Program-made: the position numbers and the translations under genes
Part shown: positions 50,916-63,300 of the stretch, piece after piece
Numbering within the stretch: position 1 is the first letter of the stretch
Layout: each line of letters begins with the position of its first letter
The notes under the pieces: model-generated
The model's database searches: none
What the model saw: only the letters and a program-made list of their open reading frames with translations
Told to the model about the DNA's origin: nothing
Source: Psammoneis japonica
Taxonomy: Eukaryota
Direction of reading: 5' to 3'
Assembly (NCBI GenBank): GCA_008632985.1
Contig: QPGO01000058.1
Coordinates: 124,001 to 188,000, forward strand
DNA: 64,000 bases

Positions 50916-53140
50916 ATGAGCAACTTTAGTTTGACATTCGCGCATATATTCTTGATACTATGGATCATTTCAGTGGCACAACCGGCAATGGCAAATTCAA
51001 GAAAATTGCGGGACAAGTAGTAACGACGCTTGCAAGATTTATTCTTACAGTGATCTAAAGGATGTCGAACGTACCGGATTAGACAAGAAGTATATTTTGA
51101 TGAATGACATTTATGCTGACCCCTACAATAGTTTGACCCTATCGGGGACTATGACTATCCCTTTACTGGAGAATTTGAAGGCAATGGATATACCATCTAC
51201 AATTTGCGAATTGGTCGCAAAGATCTTCACCTTCAAGCGCTTTTTGCAAGAGTCGAAGGGTATGCGGTGATTCGGAATCTTGACATTGTCAACGCAAATG
51301 TGATTGCCAAGTTTTATGCTGCTGTTCTTGTGGGGCAGCTCAACGGTGATGCAACAATACACAATGTCGTGATTAAGAACCCAACGATACAGGCTGAGGA
51401 ACATGGAGTTGGTGGTCTTGTGGCAGAGGTTGGATATTGGACCAGGTTGGGCCGAAACACGACAATTACCTGTTGTCACGTCCGTGGTGGGTCAATTAGT
51501 GCGCCAGAGTGCGGTGGTCTCATTTCTTCTGGAAAAAGTCCTCATGTCCATGAGTGCAGTGTGGAGGAAGTAGAAACGGGCTCGACTTTTGTCCTTGGTG
51601 GTCTGTTGGGTTTTTCTGAATTCGGGACCGTCGAGAACTCCTATTCGACTCTAAATGCTGGCAACGGTGGCCTCATTGGGTACTCGAAGTTTGATGATGT
51701 ACAAAACTGCTATGCTACTGGGAATGTGAGAGCCACAGCTAATGTTCGTACTGATGCTGGTGTGGTATCTATTGTTGGTGGTGGGCTTATCGGTAGTGCA
51801 TCCTTTCTCAACCAGTATGGTTCAATTCAAAATAGTTTTGCGGCTGGCAGTGTCTCAGGTGATAGCGATGATCTTGGTGGACTTCTTGGCGCAGTTGACG
51901 AACGCGATGATGGCAGCGTCAATGTCACAAACAACTTCGCCACCACCTACCCACCGATTGGCAACCGTGCCGTCACGGAAGAAGAAGGCGTACAAGTCAT
52001 TGCTGACCAACAATACTTTCAAAACAACCAGAACCAACCAATGGCAAGCTGGGATGGTGATATCTGGGCCTTCCCGAAGAACAGGTATCCCACTCTAAAG
52101 TGCGCTGTCGAGGCCAGCGCCGGCGGAACCTACATCGGCAAGCCTGGAAAATCGATTCGTCTGAATAAGGCCACGCTTTTAAAGGAGCTCGCTATCTATG
52201 GAGTGTAGACAACGACAAATGTGCTTTTCGCAATGAAAATGTTCTTCATCCGGTCCTATCGTGCAATATTGACCCTGCAATTGTTAATGTCTGTATCAAG
52301 GTCAGCTTCCCCGACAATCGAGTCAATCGCGATTGCTCGACAGTGGTAATTGCAAAAGACCCAGAGGCGCCTGTCGTGGGAGCCGGTAGAGACTACCGTG
52401 GGAGAGTAAGGGAACCAGTTCATCTAAACAAAGCCTTCACAACCGGTGTGGGCACATATCGATGGACAATTATTGACCATAAGAAGTGTTCATTCAAGGA
52501 TCCAAACGTTCTCCACCCAGTTCTGACGTGCATGAAAAACAGTCCAGCTCTGGTAAAGGTCTGTTTACAGGTTCGCCTGTCTGACACAAAGGAGCTGATC
52601 AATGACTGCACTATAGTGAGTCTCGGTGCCCTTCCCAAGCCGTATCCTGACAAGCTCAAGGAACCCATATGCCGTTATCGAAGCTGTGTGAGACAACTGC
52701 GGTATGGTGTTTTCTATCAAGATTCCGACTTTGGCAGTGCTCAGGGTTCGTATGATGAAGCTTGGTCGAAGACAAAATATGCGTTGAGACTGATGGAAGA
52801 CGCGCCAGACGCAAAGCTAATACTATCTGTCAGAAGGCTAGCTGAAGCTATGAAGGGCATCGAAGAACTACGAAAAAGTGCACGCGGGTTCTCCAACAAG
52901 GCTGGTAGAATCGCCAGTCGTTGCGCTTTCGCTCTTACAAGAGATTTCCGGAAGGTCTACGAGAGGAAGGATATCATAAGCAGCGAGACTCTCAAAGAGG
53001 TGAGCGACAACTTAAAACTTGCCAGGGCCAAAATGAAGACCAAGGAATGGAGAGAAAGCGTGACGACAAGCTACGAATCCATCCAAAAGATGATGATTGA
53101 ACTGGGAGACGAGGGAGTACCCAGAGATGATTGTTTCTAA
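50916..53140 (+). CDS. Secreted GLUG-motif protein with two PKD-like repeats and a helical C-terminus (3 apparent frameshifts)
   Basis: Signal peptide at 50916; YILMNDI...FDPIG..PFTGEFEGNGYTIYNL; repeated GGLIG/VQNCYATGNV; W...W.F...YPTL; twin repeats AGGTYIG...YLWS...NVLHPVLSC and AGRDYRG...YRWT...NVLHPVLTC. Confidence 0.75.
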
Positions 53141-53532
53141 ATACTGTAATAAATTTTGTGGTTGCAATGGAGGAGTGTTGTATGAGTAGACGACTCTAAG
53201 CAGTTTGCTCGCGGCGCTACTCTCGACTAACTAACGATAGACTTGGCCTTCTCGCTCAGTTCGAATGTGGTCCGATTTCCGATTGACTTTCCAACTTTTC
53301 CCGCCAACAACTTTTTGTATGGAATGTCCTCATGACTGTTGAAATTTTATATTGGCAGAAAGATCCGATCCGAGCGATTTCGATCTTGGATTTTTCAGAT
53401 CGCTTCTGGTTCACCTCACCCGAAAACGAAAACGGCAACAACCACAGAAAAGTAGATGACATTGCAGCGACGTACCGATACTTCAAACGTTTGGGAGATT
53501 CTTATCAGCATAAAGTGAACACGAGACAAGCT

Positions 53533-55855
53533 ATGTCAATGATGGCAGCCACGGTCCGTCCCGGTCGCTCTAAAAGGAGCGACTTTTCTCTCGATCCGTC
53601 AAAGGTCGCTTTGTTGATTATTGACATTCAGAAGTATCTTTCTCAGCAGAGCAATGCCCAAGACGACGAGGACGCAAATACATACTTTTACAACGAGGCC
53701 TTGCCCCGTACCATCTCCAACATTGAAAAACTTTTGACATTCATAAGGCAATACCGTGACACAGAATTAATGGAATCCAGCGGCTGCGAAGTCGTCTTTA
53801 CCTATTTGGAGGCGCTCACTGAGGATTGTCGTGATGTTTCGCTCGACTATAAGCTTTCAGGACCTCAGCTAGCAACTCTTCCTTCAGTACACGCGAAACC
53901 GGCAGAGTTCCTGGAGCGAGTTCAACCTAAAACTTCTGTGGGAAAAGGCGACATTTGCATCCCGAAAACATCGTGCTCCGTTTTCATATCGACGAATTTG
54001 AACTATGTATTGCGAAATTTACACGTTGAACAGTTGGTGATTTGCGGCCAGCTCACAGATCAGTGTGTCGAATCGGCAACACGTGATGCCGCTGATCTGG
54101 GTTACTTCGTCTCGGTGGTGGACGATGCTTGTGCAGCAAAGAGTGAATCCTCTCATAGTAAGGGCATCTCCGGGATGAAGGGCTTCTCTCGTATTGTCAC
54201 AACTCAGCAAGTACTTGCAGAGTTGGCAGCTGCTCCAAAGACTGACGCAACTCGACCGCTATCCACACTGCAGCCCTCAACGGGAGATGGAATAGACGAC
54301 AGAAAGCACTCGACTCCGAACATAGTCTCTGACGAGCCGTCGTCTACTAGCTTGCGGATCCAGACAACACTTGACTGGAAACCATCGACAAACACGAGTG
54401 CAGTTGCAGCTGCAATATTCCGCACGTTGCGGTTTGCTGGTGTCGAATTTCTCCGTTATTTAGCGGTAGACGCATGTAACTCCACTCGTTGCAAAGTGAT
54501 TCCACTCGATCAACTATTGCAAGAAGGCGATCAGGTAAATGTGAATGACAAGGTGGTAATTGCGGAAGTTTGTTTTGCAGGTCTGCCAACCTTTGGGGAT
54601 ATCGTGACCGAGGGGACAAATTTGGATGCTCGTCGATCTCTTTTTGTTCATCCTGATCTGAGCTCCGTTCGTGTTCTTCCGTATGCTCCAAAGACAGCCC
54701 TTGTCCTGGGGACTGCTCACGAGCAAATGACCGGTGAACTGAGTCCTCTTTGTACTCGAGGTCTCTTAACCCGAGTACTGCAGACAGCGGAACGAGATTT
54801 CGGTATCGCGTTTGTGAGTTCTGACGCGTGTCAGCAAATGTAGGCTTGTTGTAGTTCAAGGTCACTAACTCACTCGCCTCATCTCTGCCTGTTCATTCTT
54901 CGTGTATGCACAGAACGTTGGTGCCGAGATTGAATTCTGCTTGCATCGAGACAAACCGCCATTTGAACCTGTCGATATGTCGGTGTTTGCGAACACTACC
55001 ACACTCAATGAACAAGAAGATTTCATCAGTGATTTATATAAGCAACTTCGGCAGCAAGATATCGAGGTTGAAACGCTTCATGCTGAAAGTGGACCTGGAC
55101 AGCTGGAAGTCGTGCTTTGCTACCAGATGGATCCCATCAAGCTCGCGGACAATGTCGTGCTAACACGGGAAACAATCAGTGCTGTCGCACGGTCTCACAA
55201 AATGAAGGCTCTCTTTTTAGCGAAAATTCACGAGACAAAAGCTGGAAATGGTATGCACATTCATATATCATTTCGGGATAGCAATGCAACAAGTACGAAC
55301 CCTACTATTAGGAATGCTCTCCCCCATCCTGATAATGCCGGAGAAATGAGTGCGAGAGGAAAGTCGTTCCTAGAAGGGATGTTGACACACCTACCAGCAT
55401 TGTTGAGCCTCACAATGCCTACGACGAATTCTTTTAGGCGAGTAGGGCCTGGTTGTTGGACGGGACATACTGTTTGCTGGGCTTTCGATGACAAGGAGGT
55501 TCCCTTGAGATTGTCATTTGATACAATGGGCCATGTTCGTGACGTTGAAATGAAGTTGGCAGACTCCACGTGCAACATTTATCTGGCCCTTGCAGGGATT
55601 CTGGCCTCTGGCCTCGACGGGATTAGGCGCGAGCTCACGCTTCGACCCATGCATGACGCATTGTCCAATGCAACTCCTGAAGGCATTCTTCCCTCGTCTT
55701 TAGAAGCAAGTTTGCAATGTCTTCAAAAAGACCAGCTCTTGATGGATGTGATTGGAGAGAGGTTAAGCACGGGATACATCGCAGTTCGCCAGGCTGAAGC
55801 AGACCACGCGTCCAAGCTTACGTTGGAGGATGAGGTGCAGGCGAGCTTGTCTTAA
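53533..55855 (+). CDS. Isochorismatase-family hydrolase fused to a type I glutamine synthetase-like ligase; exons 53533-54813, 54914-55855
   Basis: ALLIIDIQ, PKTSCSVF, GQLTDQCVESATRDAADLGY. GS motifs LCTRGLL, GAEIEF (formed across the 100-nt GT-AG intron), HAESGPGQLE, GNGMHIHIS and NSFRR. Confidence 0.88.
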
Positions 55856-56792
55856 GTTTATGTTTCAACTATAATCAATAAATATTGTTGCAAGAAAAGC
55901 GCGTTGGTCCTGGGAAAATAGTTTGTCACAGCAAGCGGTCAGCGCCGACTGTACCCAAAATGATGTGTACCTCTAGGAATTGCATGTTTCTCACGTTTCT
56001 GGCTTCTACAGGTAGTCGTACACGCAGTCACTATTCTCACATAGTATGCAGCAACCTTTGCATCTCGCCTGTTGCCGGTGCCTATCTACACCTCCGGTAC
56101 CACAAATCTTTTCTCTCTAGAGCTATTATGGATACCGGGGTAGCAACCCTTTCCTCTACCGTTTGTTATGTGCCTTTAAACTCTAGCTAAGTAGCTACTC
56201 TAGAAGAGAGAGAGCATGGCTCTCTAGCTAGCTAGAGAGAGTAGAGAGCTACTATCGTCAGTCCACAGCAACCAGCCAGCCAAGCCAATCAATCAACAGC
56301 AGGTACACTACCGTCTGTCATCTGTGCGAAACGAAACACATGTTTTATCCGCTGACGTCATGCCGTTTCTGAAGTGACGTTGCATGGTGGCGGACCACGA
56401 CTCACAAAAGCGTGTGATTCTGCGTGACCAGTCGTGCATGCGTTGGTGGCAGACTTTATTTGGGCCACATCACTCTCTCTGATCAACCAGATCTTTGGTT
56501 GCGTCATCTTATCGCCACCCTCTGCGATCTGCTTGAAATGCCACTGACAACAAATTGATAAGATTGATGAACAGACATCTGCATACCTCTTCTTATTATG
56601 GTTTTCGATCATGACGCGACCGACTTTCCATAACGCAGCAAAGAAGGCTTCAATCTGACCGAACAGCATCTTCTCTCACATAATATCAACACGCATCGCG
56701 TTGCTATGTCATTTGTTTCTCTCCACGCAATCATAGATTCGAACACGTTGTTAGAGTTGGCGTTCTGCCAATTGATTTGAAACTGTGGTGCC

Positions 56793-57638
56793 ATGTCTTC
56801 AGGAGGGGTCTCTTTTGCCGCTCGTCCGCATACGGAGATGGCATCTAACGCGGAGGCGGATCCCAAAATGGCGAAGAGACACATGGTACCCGCTTCCAAA
56901 TCGTCACTACAAGTGATGCGCAAAACGAAGAGAAGACGGATAGGTTCCCAAGAGGCGGAAGATGGGATCGAACCGTCTCTTCAGTCGATGCCAGCGGAGA
57001 TGTTTTGTAAGATTCTCTCCTTTATTGGACCGGTCTCGGGCAGTCTCCTCCGTCTCACGGAATTGAACCACTATTTTCACGACACAATGAAAACCATTGG
57101 AGATGCCATGGTCACAAGAGCGTCTGCTCACTTCCGAGTTCCATTCCCTCCTAAATCCGTTGTCGAGTCTTCCACGTCCCTCTTTCTTCGGCATGCTAGG
57201 GCTTGCTCTCGTGTGTTGGACGACCTCACGGAACTTCGCGGTCTGCTACAACGGCCAGAGGAATACGTGAACATTGAAGACGTGAATCGTGCGATGGAGT
57301 TGGGGCTCAACTTACTAGAGGTTGGACCGACGCTTTCTGTTTCCCTTGAACGCCAGATCCTATCCACTTGTGGTAAACTAGGTGGAAGGGCATTCAAGTA
57401 CTGCAAGTCAAGGCTGCTGAATAGCTTGGGAGCGCGTGTCAGTGATGACGTGTCTCCTCCCACCCTCCGGCGGCGAAATCAAGAGCTCACCGACAATGAA
57501 GAGCGCTTGGACATGTCTCGTCTCATCATGCAGATCGTTGTGTGTCGAGACTGGCAGCTCTCGAAGCAGTATCCATCAAGGCTATTACACGCGAAGATAC
57601 AAGACCAAATGAGCCGAAAGGCTTCAAGCCTGCGATAG
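56793..57638 (+). CDS. F-box-like domain protein
   Basis: LQSMPAEMFCKILSFIG...LLRLTELNHYF, preceded by a basic NLS-like RKTKRRR. Confidence 0.55.
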   Translation: MSSGGVSFAARPHTEMASNAEADPKMAKRHMVPASKSSLQVMRKTKRRRIGSQEAEDGIEPSLQSMPAEMFCKILSFIGPVSGSLLRLTELNHYFHDTMKTIGDAMVTRASAHFRVPFPPKSVVESSTSLFLRHARACSRVLDDLTELRGLLQRPEEYVNIEDVNRAMELGLNLLEVGPTLSVSLERQILSTCGKLGGRAFKYCKSRLLNSLGARVSDDVSPPTLRRRNQELTDNEERLDMSRLIMQIVVCRDWQLSKQYPSRLLHAKIQDQMSRKASSLR

Positions 57639-57841
57639 ATTTTGAATCATGTTGTACATAAAATTAGGTAAGCAGGACGGCAACGTAAAGGGAACACGGG
57701 GGTCAGTTTTGGGAAGAATTCACAGCACATTGTAGAAACTACACAATATAGATTACATGAATGTTACAGTGTACTCTTAGTACCTAGAACTGTCGACTTC
57801 TCTGCTCAGTAGCAACTGATCCGCAACGACGACGATCACAG

Positions 57842-59812
57842 TTAATGCGAAGAATCGCGTTGCACCGCAGGCTCTAGCTCGCTTTCCTGAACTCCCTCAG
57901 TTCCCACTCGCCTGCTGTCAATGGCATGGATCGCAGCCATTCCTTGCCGTGCCTTGTATTCTTCGTACATAATCCAGAACTTGAGACACAGTAGTACCGC
58001 TCCGAACAAACCAAAGTACACCAATGAAAGGTACGGCATGATGTTTACACCAAACTTGTCAGAGAATAGCTTGAGGCCACTGGTGATTTGATAGATTCCC
58101 ATACCCAACAAAGTAATGCCAGCTAGTCGGTGCGCAAAGTGCCACAGCTCTCGTGGTTTCCGTGGAATCTTGATCCAGGCCTCATGGTCACTCGATGCTG
58201 CGTATGGATCTCGTTTCTCCACCGGAGGCCGCAAGAAACCACTCAAAACCTGGAACGCCATGGCAACCAACAAAACGACACCAACCCAATGATGAGGATC
58301 GGAGAAATGGCTTGGAAAAGTCTCGCGCTTCATTGCTGCAACAGCAATAATGACCGCGACAAAGGAGAATATAAACGAAAAGACATGCCCAAACACATGA
58401 ATGTAAATCCAGCTCGAAGGAACGAGCGTGCGGAACCAAGCGACAGTAATGGCAAAGGGGGATGCCACGGCCCATGCCAATGCAGCAAACACCCCGTGGG
58501 CAATCCATATGCCCATCTTGCTACTGCTAGTAGTTGTGGTTTGCGCAGAGCAGGATGACAAGTCCAGTCGGAAACTGCCTCGGTGTTCATGGTAGGCAAA
58601 CTCATTGTCCTTGCCAATGGCGTAGATAAAGGTGTTGGGCCCGTCTGCCGTGATGGCCACCTCGCCTTCCTCTGCTTCGTGCAGAATTTTTGTAAAGAAA
58701 AGCATCGTCTTTCCATTCTCCTGGGTGATGTTGGCATGCTGGAGAGTCTGAGTTGCAAAAGGAACAATGGACGACTTTGTTCTGTCTTTAAGTTCGCTAA
58801 TCGCTGGTAAACCCTCGATCGCGGGCAACCCAATAACGGCGGTGGATCCAATCATTTTACCGTCTTGAGAGAATCCCAGCCCCACCCATGCTTCGCCGCT
58901 GTACTCAACAATTGCCGTCATGGACTGAGGGGTAACGTCCGTATTGAGCTTCCAGTGAAAGTTGAGCTTTGGGGTCAAGTTGACCACCATGTCTGTTTCA
59001 GCATATTCTGAGTCACACTGACCCACAACAATTGGGGCATTGTTTTCAATGACAATCTCGGGAACTTGAGCACCCGAGCTGTCTCCTGGTTCACTTTCTT
59101 CTCCTCCTTCTTCTTCCTTGTCAATAACACTCCCGCCGCCCGACTCGGAAAGCTGTTGTACCTTTGCCAAGTCCAGAGTGAAAGCACCCCGGGCCGTGTG
59201 ACCGCTAACAGTTTCTTCACCCGGAGCACCCATGGCCCACAAAAAGACGTTTTGACCGACATGTCGAATGCGTACCTCGTCCGGATCACTCTCGTCCAAG
59301 AGTTTTTCAAAGCTAAGATCCGTCGTGACTGTCCCGTCATCTCCCAAATGCTGAAGGATACCACTGCTGACAAGTGTCTGATGCTTGGTAGGGAAGACTC
59401 CGTTTCCACCCGGTTCCGACGCAATCTTTCCATTCAACGTGTATTTTTGAACAGACCGAGTATTTACCAAACCAACAATTGCATCGCTCCCCACCATGAG
59501 CGGAGAGTCAGGGTTCACGGGTGCGCGATTGGCAAAGGTATCGTAGATTCCAAAGCCCAACCACGATGGAGCAAAAGACATTGATTCCGCACGATGAATA
59601 AGTCTCCCTTCGACAGTATTTCCCTTGATATCATTCCAATGGAACGTCAGACTCTCATCATCGGTTGATAACAGGGTGACTTCGTGATCAAACATGGATT
59701 CAGAGGATTTTGTGAACTCCGCAGTGGCATCAACCAAATCAACGGTTGCATGGCTTGTCACCAGAATGGATGATGCCACAAGCAGCAACATCCAACGATG
59801 AATAAGCTTCAT
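57842..59812 (-). CDS. DOMON (x2) - cytochrome b561 protein
   Basis: Signal peptide; two DOMON domains (WLGFG...MVGSDAIVG...H; WVGLGFS...MIGSTAVIG...YH); b561 His motifs IAHG, WIYIH, PHHWVG and WHFAHR. Confidence 0.9.
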   Translation of the reverse strand: MKLIHRWMLLLVASSILVTSHATVDLVDATAEFTKSSESMFDHEVTLLSTDDESLTFHWNDIKGNTVEGRLIHRAESMSFAPSWLGFGIYDTFANRAPVNPDSPLMVGSDAIVGLVNTRSVQKYTLNGKIASEPGGNGVFPTKHQTLVSSGILQHLGDDGTVTTDLSFEKLLDESDPDEVRIRHVGQNVFLWAMGAPGEETVSGHTARGAFTLDLAKVQQLSESGGGSVIDKEEEGGEESEPGDSSGAQVPEIVIENNAPIVVGQCDSEYAETDMVVNLTPKLNFHWKLNTDVTPQSMTAIVEYSGEAWVGLGFSQDGKMIGSTAVIGLPAIEGLPAISELKDRTKSSIVPFATQTLQHANITQENGKTMLFFTKILHEAEEGEVAITADGPNTFIYAIGKDNEFAYHEHRGSFRLDLSSCSAQTTTTSSSKMGIWIAHGVFAALAWAVASPFAITVAWFRTLVPSSWIYIHVFGHVFSFIFSFVAVIIAVAAMKRETFPSHFSDPHHWVGVVLLVAMAFQVLSGFLRPPVEKRDPYAASSDHEAWIKIPRKPRELWHFAHRLAGITLLGMGIYQITSGLKLFSDKFGVNIMPYLSLVYFGLFGAVLLCLKFWIMYEEYKARQGMAAIHAIDSRRVGTEGVQESELEPAVQRDSSH

Positions 59813-60383
59813 CGTCAACATCAGTCTTTGCAATACAACTAGGCAGGGTCGACGATGCTTTTCACGCAAGATTGGAAGTGCTACTGGGTGCCAACAAACA
59901 ACAAGAAACTACAACCTCGGCCTTCTTCCTCTCGTTCGATGTCGCTCAGTCTTTCCCGCGTTTTTCAATAGCGTCGTAGGATGCTGTGCGTACATACGAG
60001 ACATAGAGTATCATAAGTAAAATAGAAATCAGTCTTGTGACCGACCGGTCATTTCATTTTATTTAAGGAGAATCAAATTTTCAAATTTTCTTTTGTGTGG
60101 TAGTCATTTAATTCAAAAATTTCAGCATCTAATAAGAATAAAAATAGTCTCTCCTAATCGAATGAAGTCATCTTTTCGACCTAAATGTCTAATCTACATA
60201 CTTTCTCATACTATTACTTGCACAATTTTGACCGATGACTGACGGACAGAAACGCGCAGGAAAATGCGCGAAATCCAAAATATTATTTGATCGAAAAGAA
60301 TGCCGCCGACCTGAAAACGAGGAACCTCCATGAGTCCATGAACCCACAGCCGTCGTCGATCACTTTTACAACTCGCTTCTACC

Positions 60384-63300
60384 ATGGGTGTTCGTGGCTT
60401 ATGGCGTTTACTGCTTCCAATCGGACGAAGAATCTCCATAGAGACTTTGGAAGGCAGAATCTTGGCGATTGATGCGTCCATTTGGTTGACACAGTTTCTC
60501 AAGGCGATGCGTGATCCCGACACGGGTTCCGTACGACCGGCTGCACACTTGATTGGGTTTTTTCGACGTCTTTGCAAACTGCGATATCACGGGATACGAC
60601 CCGTGCTGGTGTTTGATGGTGCTACACCGGAAATTAAGAAACGTGAAATTCAACAGCGGAGGCGGCGACGAGAACAGATCTTTTCGAGACACGAACAAAA
60701 CACGGTTCAGCGCATGGCGAAACGGATACTTGCGGCAGAATTGAAAAAGAAAAAGCAACAAATCATTGAAAAGAGAAACAAGGCTGCTGATGGTAGTGGG
60801 AGTACTAGTGCATCTGGTGCATATGCTCCTGGATTCCAGTTAACAGAAGAAGAACGCGAAGAAATGAAGCAAGAGGAGAACGTACAAGACAGCACGAATG
60901 ATACGGTAAAAGCTGACGCGGAAAGTGGTGAAAAGACCCACTTGACAGAGACTGAAACTATTGAATTGCTAGCAGAGTTGAATGAAGAAGAGAACAAAGA
61001 AGAGAAGCACGAAACGGGTAATAACTGGGATACCATTGTTATTGACGAGACGGCTTCGCACAAAGAAAACTCTGACGAGGAAGAGTACAAACCTAGCCAT
61101 GCTACTGACAGTACCGAGCCATCGTTGTTCGACCCCGACAGAATAGGCACTCTTTCGTCTCATGTTATGAAGGATGCCATTGAGGATGCACGACGTCAAC
61201 AACGCATGAGAAGCAGAAGAGAATTCATGCCGGTTGCGGCAAAACCGGAGGACTACTCCCAGTGCCAGTTGCGCAATTTTTTGCGCTCGAGTCGATTGAA
61301 CAAGGAGATACAAGCCATGGCTACCCAGGTTGCGCAGAATAGAGAGAATGGAGCTGTTGAGGGAGAACGCTTGGCTTCTGACTCGACACGGAGAATCATT
61401 TTTATCAAAGACACGGACGAGGCATCCGCAAGAAACGACTCAAGAAATGAAGTACTGGTAAGTCGGAGGACGGGTAGAATGACCACCATTCAGAGAAAAC
61501 AAAGTTGGTCAGACAGTGAAGAAAACGAATGGGAAGATCCGGATGCAGAGGCTGGGCATTCAGCTGCTAGAGAAGAAACCAAAGTGAGCGGCGACGACGA
61601 CTCTTCCAGCGAAAGCGGGGGTGGCTTTCTTGTCAATGAGTCAGCGATCCAAGATCACGATACAGAGAGCAATGATCAGGGTGGAGGCTTTTCGGTGGAA
61701 AACACTTCTGATCATCTACCAAAGGTGTCGGAAGGGGCTAACCAAGTCGAGGCTACCTTGGAGTCGCGTCGTGAACAGGAACTAAACGACGAAATGATTG
61801 CGAGAGCCATACATGAGTCTGAAATGGAAGGAACACAGGATGGTATTGCTCTAGATGATGAAGATACTTCTAGTAATGCCCAACAAATCATCGAGGCCAG
61901 TGCCGGTACTGTGCAAAGTGAAGAAACACCACAGCCTCGAGCCGTGGCTGAAACAGAACAAGCACAAGCCATGGATGATGAAAGTGAGAGCTCTGATGAC
62001 GACATTGATTGGGAAGATGGGGATAACGAGGGCGTGGGAGCACTTGTTACTGCTGAATCCCAGGCCCAGATGGGTCGTGCCAGTAGTTCTGGCTCATCAA
62101 GAGCGAAAGATGATATCGACGACGAGTTTCAATGCTCAGAAAACTCAGATTCGCACTCGGCGACAGATGGAAATCCTGAGGGAGGTACGGAATCTCGAGC
62201 TTTAGCTTCGAAGGATAATTCGCTTCGCTTGGGGATAGACGATGACGAGGAACGCGCAACGCAGCATTTTCTGGAAGTTGCAGATTCACGCAATGGCAAC
62301 GACGAAAATGACTTTTTCCATCAGCAAGATGTGGATGAGACGACTGCCGCATTAGAGCACGCGCAGGCAACGGCATCTAACCTAACAGATTGGGCAGGTA
62401 GAGCTTTTCGACGAGCAATCGCAAAACATGCTGAGGAAACAGGCGTCCATTCGAAAAGGGTGCTAGATTCAAGCAAGAAAGGCCAAAATCATCCGTCTAG
62501 TGACACTGCCGTTTGCGACAAAGAAGGGTCAGAAGATGCCACCTCGCAGCAAAATACGTTCAAGCGACATGTGGCTATCGTGAATGATCAGTCTATAACT
62601 GCAGAAATAAGCGAGAATCCTACAGACCTCGATTATGAGCCGGTGATTCAAGAATACTCGAGCACAAGAAATAACCCAGGCGAAGCTGACGCAGAATATC
62701 GGAATTCAGTGGATCTTTTGCAGGGACAGATGGAATCGCTGCAAGAGGAGGAGCTCAAACTCAACGAAGATCTAAATAGACAAGAACGGGACATGGACAG
62801 TGTAACGGATGAAATGAGACAGGAAATTGTTTCGCTAGTTCAGCTTTTCGGTATTCCATACGTTGAAGCACCAGCGGAGGCGGAAGCGCAGTGTGCCATG
62901 CTCGAGCAGTTGGGGCTTGTGGATGGCATAGTTACAGAAGACAGTGATGTGTTTGTGTTTGGTGGAAAAAAGGTCTACAAGAACATATTCGACGATCAGA
63001 AATATGTTGAAGCGTATCTCGCACAAGACGCAGAACGGGATTTGGCTCTCGGTCGAAATGAATTTGTGGCTCTCGCCATGCTACTAGGCGGTGACTATAC
63101 GGACGGTGTCAAGGGTGTTGGTATCGTGAATGGCATGGAAGTGTTACAGGCGTTTGACGTATCGGTCGACATCAAATTGGGTCTAAACAAGTTCAAACAG
63201 TGGCTTGACGGCTTTGAACCCGATGAGGCTCTACAAGGCCCTTGCAAAGAGAAAGGAACATCGTCAGCGGAGAAGGTGTTTCGAGCAAAACATAAGAGTG

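Noticed and set aside
53332..53532. Upstream extensions given by the ORF track (also 958-1083, 43746-43913, 59813-59869)
   Set aside because: Downstream ATGs fit the domain or signal-peptide starts better, so these extensions are probably UTR.
60266..60273. E2F-like site (TTTCGCGC on the minus strand) upstream of XPG
   Set aside because: A single 8-mer that is plausible but cannot be distinguished from chance.
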